DNA of 63,642 bases, counting the filler, from Perkinsus chesapeaki ATCC PRA-425 (lineage: Eukaryota; Protista; Perkinsozoa): the NCBI GenBank assembly GCA_013115145.1. It is 8 parts of 8 records of this genome, joined end to end, with 100 filler letters (N's around TTAATTAATTAA, not from the genome) between each part and the next. Parts side by side here need not be neighbours in the genome. Positions count along the whole stretch, not along the records: positions 57,783 to 62,364 come from JAAPAO010001244.1; positions 62,465 to 63,642 come from JAAPAO010002124.1; 6 more parts are not named here. One strand, given 5' to 3'. Both the position numbers and the translations under genes were made by a program. Position 1 is the stretch's first letter; every line of letters starts with the position of its first letter. Of the stretch, positions 60,343 to 63,642 are shown one piece after another. The notes below the pieces were generated by a model, which worked only from the letters and a program-made list of their open reading frames with translations, made no database searches and was not told the DNA's origin.

Positions 60343-61635
60343 ATGAAGAACGGCGGCATACGAGAATGGTTGGCGGAGAAGAAAGCGGAGAAGGATGTTA
60401 TCTTCCGTGAGTACCTGAGGACAAAGAATTTAAATGAAAGCCCTGTGAAGGGCCCAACAGTGCGTCCTGATGTACATATTCGACAGTTGGATACCCCCAG
60501 GAATCTGGAAACAGTGAGGATATCTGACCAAGAAGTAGAGACCTTTATACACGGGGCAAGAGCCGTCAATACCCACAAGCAATATAACTCCATAACTAAA
60601 GGATACCGAGACTTTGTCGCTACACAGGATCCATCCGCGGACTGCTTCCCAATTATACCGTCGATGTTGGTACGATACGCGATTTACCTAACAAGAAAAA
60701 AAAGGGCGAAGGAGACTATATTGAAATATATTCGAGTACTACGTATGGTAGACAAATCATCAGCGGGGGCGAGAAAGTGGTCTGTATCTGAAGAAGAACT
60801 GATGAGATTGACGAGGGAGGCAGTGAGACGAAAGTCACCAAGCTCACGACCAAAGCAAGCACTGACTTTAACAGACCAACAGTTACGTAATGCTGCATTA
60901 GTGACCCCACCTTCAGGGAGGAAGTCGGGATCCACCGCAGTGCTTTTAGGAGTTGCCGCATGCTTGCGACCAGGTGAATTAGCTGACCTAGAACGAAGGG
61001 ATATAACAGACGATAGATCCAACAACGTACTCTGGGTTAACGTACGCGAGGGTAAAACCGACATTGAGCGCTGGGGAGAATCGGTGCTGGTGGCCTGCTG
61101 TTGCACCGAAAATGGAAAGACAGAGGTTTTCTGCCCCTTTCATCGTACGATTGAACTTCTTGATGAAGTCGATGTGTGTCGCAAATTGCAGACGACATCC
61201 ATTTTTGGATGTACAAAAGAAGAACTGAACAAGGACATAAAGGACGTATTGAGAATTGTGACGGGATCATCACACAGAGCTACTGCTCATGCCTTACGTA
61301 AATCGGCTGCTCATCTAATGGCGGAAAGGGGAATGTCCCCTCAAGAAATTGCCGACCATGGAAGGTGGAAATCAACTACCACAGTGCTGAACACATATCT
61401 ACGCCAATCATCTTCATACGAGGATAAGGCTAAGGGCTACGCCTCCAAAATCTTCAACCCAGCCGTTTCGACAAGCACATCATCGAGCACGCGTGCAAGC
61501 TGCGCGGTAACTAGCGCACGCCACAGTGATCGAATCGAGCCTACGACTATCAGCCATTCACGGAGAGTGAGAAGATTGACGACAGAAGCAGAGATAATGC
61601 TTAGAGAAATGATCCGCAACAAGAGGCAGGACTAG
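60343..61635 (+). CDS. Tyrosine recombinase of DIRS/Ngaro-type retroelement, intact ORF
   Basis: N-terminal SAM-like region (KETILKYIRVL), R (CLRPGEL), K (EGKTD), HALRK and GRWKSTTTVLNTY. Directly downstream of RT/RNase H on the same strand. Confidence 0.9.
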   Translation: MKNGGIREWLAEKKAEKDVIFREYLRTKNLNESPVKGPTVRPDVHIRQLDTPRNLETVRISDQEVETFIHGARAVNTHKQYNSITKGYRDFVATQDPSADCFPIIPSMLVRYAIYLTRKKRAKETILKYIRVLRMVDKSSAGARKWSVSEEELMRLTREAVRRKSPSSRPKQALTLTDQQLRNAALVTPPSGRKSGSTAVLLGVAACLRPGELADLERRDITDDRSNNVLWVNVREGKTDIERWGESVLVACCCTENGKTEVFCPFHRTIELLDEVDVCRKLQTTSIFGCTKEELNKDIKDVLRIVTGSSHRATAHALRKSAAHLMAERGMSPQEIADHGRWKSTTTVLNTYLRQSSSYEDKAKGYASKIFNPAVSTSTSSSTRASCAVTSARHSDRIEPTTISHSRRVRRLTTEAEIMLREMIRNKRQD

Positions 61636-62531
61636 TAAGATCATACCTCGGGTAATGAAAAAAAACATAGAATTTGGCATCCAAAAGTGTGATGGAAATC
61701 AATCTGTGTGTTAGGTATTCGAAATGGAGTTCGAACTATGGATGGAAATATACGAGAATTTAGATGGTTTCATGACTAAAGGATCACGCGTTTGCGATAG
61801 TCACAGTTGGGGTGCGCACTCTATATGGGAAAGTCCCGATGTTGCAGAAACCTTAAAAAAATATTGAGGGTGTTAGGCTAGAGCAGTATACATGGTGCAA
61901 GTCGTACATACGAAGTCCTTTCCCAACAGATCACGCTGGCCGGGTTACACACTACCTGCTTCTAAGTACTGACTTGGACTGACCGTTACCTTGGGCGAGC
62001 GTGGAGGAGCGCAAATGACTACCAAAGTTTTGGCAACAGTTTTTGGCCTACAAGACGGTACATCTTAGATAGGAAAAGGAAAATGCTTATATTTACCCGA
62101 AGGTGGTTAAGTTAGCAGAGTACTAGTAGCAGACCCGTGATCACGGGGCCGTTAGTATGACGCGTATCAGGCGCATAATATCGCTATTAGAATCTCGGAG
62201 TCCTATTCATTTAAAGCACTTGGGCAAGTTGGACACTCCAATGCATGGTTAACCCGGCCCTGTGACGACGCCACACGTGAGAGCGGGATTGGGCGATGTC
62301 AGTGCAGTGCCGAACTTGAGACACTTGGAAAGTCGCAACGTCCACTCGATATAGTCTACCAGTCNNNNNNNNNNNNNNNNNNNNNNNNNNNNNNNNNNNN
62401 NNNNNNNNTTAATTAATTAANNNNNNNNNNNNNNNNNNNNNNNNNNNNNNNNNNNNNNNNNNNNTTACCAGGTCACCTTTTGCATAGCGACTACACCTCA
62501 GTTTTTCAGTGACACCTCAGAATACCATGTT

Positions 62532-63491
62532 CTACCTTTTTTTACCATTCATTTTTATAATTCCATCATTATTATTTACCACTAAACTATGTAACTCAAT
62601 ACTATCATTAATGATTAGAGAACATTTGCCATATACTGGGATACTACCCGATAAAGAAGTTATTCTACTTTCATAATGTTGTACTAAGTCAATTTGGCAA
62701 CCAAGCTTCTGGGCTGCCTGTAAAGATATCAACGTTCTTGAACATCCCGTGTCAAGTACTGATATTACTCTGATGCTACCTATAGAAACATATGCTGAAG
62801 GGTGTCCTACACCGCAGGCATCTTCCCATTTTTCACCTACTTTCAATCTCTTATTTGATTCAACATCGCCATCACCTTCATCATTTCTATTCCTTTTCCC
62901 TTTTCCTTTTCCTTTGCCTCTGCCTTTAGATCCTTTACTCTGCCAATATCCTTTTCCCCAATGTCTATTATCATACCAACCTTTGCCTTTTCCTTTAGCT
63001 CTATTGTATCCTTTGCCTTTGCCTTTTCCTTTATCATTATAGTGCCAATATCCAATTGCCACTACTTCATCTCCATCATCCTTAATTTCACTATCATCAT
63101 CATTCTCATCTAAACTATCTCCTACTAACGTTACTGCTTCAGTTAACGTTTGTTTAGGCAACTTTGTAAATGTATTGTAATATCCCTCGACAATCTTTGA
63201 TTGAGGTAAACTTTTCCAAAATACTTGAACACCTATTCGGTCCCTCACATCAGATGGCAAATTCGGGAATGCTAATTTAGTTAATCTATGGATTTCCGTC
63301 GAATGACGGAACACATCCTTTTTATATCTCATCTTACACAATGTACTAAACGCATGTTTTGGCGTTTCGCTATACTGCTTAGTTAACTCGGCAATAATGC
63401 CGTAATAAGTTTTATCAGGAGTCTCACCCGGATCATAGTTTAACCTTCTATTATAAACCTCCCATGGTTTATCTGTGAGGCAAAGCCCCAT
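62532..63491 (-). mobile_element. Ty3/gypsy-like gag-protease ORF
   Basis: Capsid-like region (VRDRIGVQVFWKSLP), GKGKG-rich basic linker and retropepsin VLDTGCSRTLIS. Stops at the protease end next to a gap. Confidence 0.7.
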
Positions 63492-63642
63492 AATTTATGG
63501 GCCATAAACTCCAAAAGCTCCTTATATGGCAACCTCAACAGTCGTGCTCGACCTTCAAATTTTGAGCGTCATTCCTCTAGTGTCTGACCCTTAGGGTCGT
63601 AAGGCACAATTGCCCTTGTAATGGCTATAGCTCTCCCCATTT

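Noticed and set aside
1-63642. Spliced-leader gene or relic, CRISPR array, rRNA, intact tRNA
   Set aside because: No ACCGTAGCCATYTTGGCTCAAG-like leader, repeat-spacer array, rRNA-like block or complete cloverleaf was seen by eye. A computational scan could still find weak cases.

Overview
Eukaryotic scaffold segment with N-gaps, several carrying a TTAATTAATTAA spacer. Gene structure and content suggest a Perkinsus-like alveolate; this is an inference, not a database result. The left part (about 2.8-28.6 kb) is gene-dense with short GT-AG introns. It holds an ankyrin + JmjC (JMJD8-like) gene, a LAMTOR3-like gene, a serine carboxypeptidase, a giant coiled-coil gene, a lifeguard/TMBIM gene, Nrap/Utp22 and a LicD-family gene. 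The first 2.35 kb and everything right of about 28.7 kb are mostly transposon material: BEL/Pao and Ty3/gypsy-like remnants, three DIRS/Ngaro-type tyrosine-recombinase (YR) retroelements, a Chapaev/Transib-like transposase, a non-autonomous GTACAC-repeat DNA transposon family and a disrupted carboxypeptidase. Two observations stand out. (1) Many tiny spliceosomal introns consist largely of distinct tRNA-gene 3' fragments (B-box, 7-nt acceptor strand, discriminator A, often a T-run) in either orientation. (2) Two divergent YR retroelements each have a phase-1 GT-AG intron that would splice gag in frame to a pol ORF; in the intact copy pol has no ATG before the RT core. Exon structures were read by eye, and gene termini are approximate where stated.
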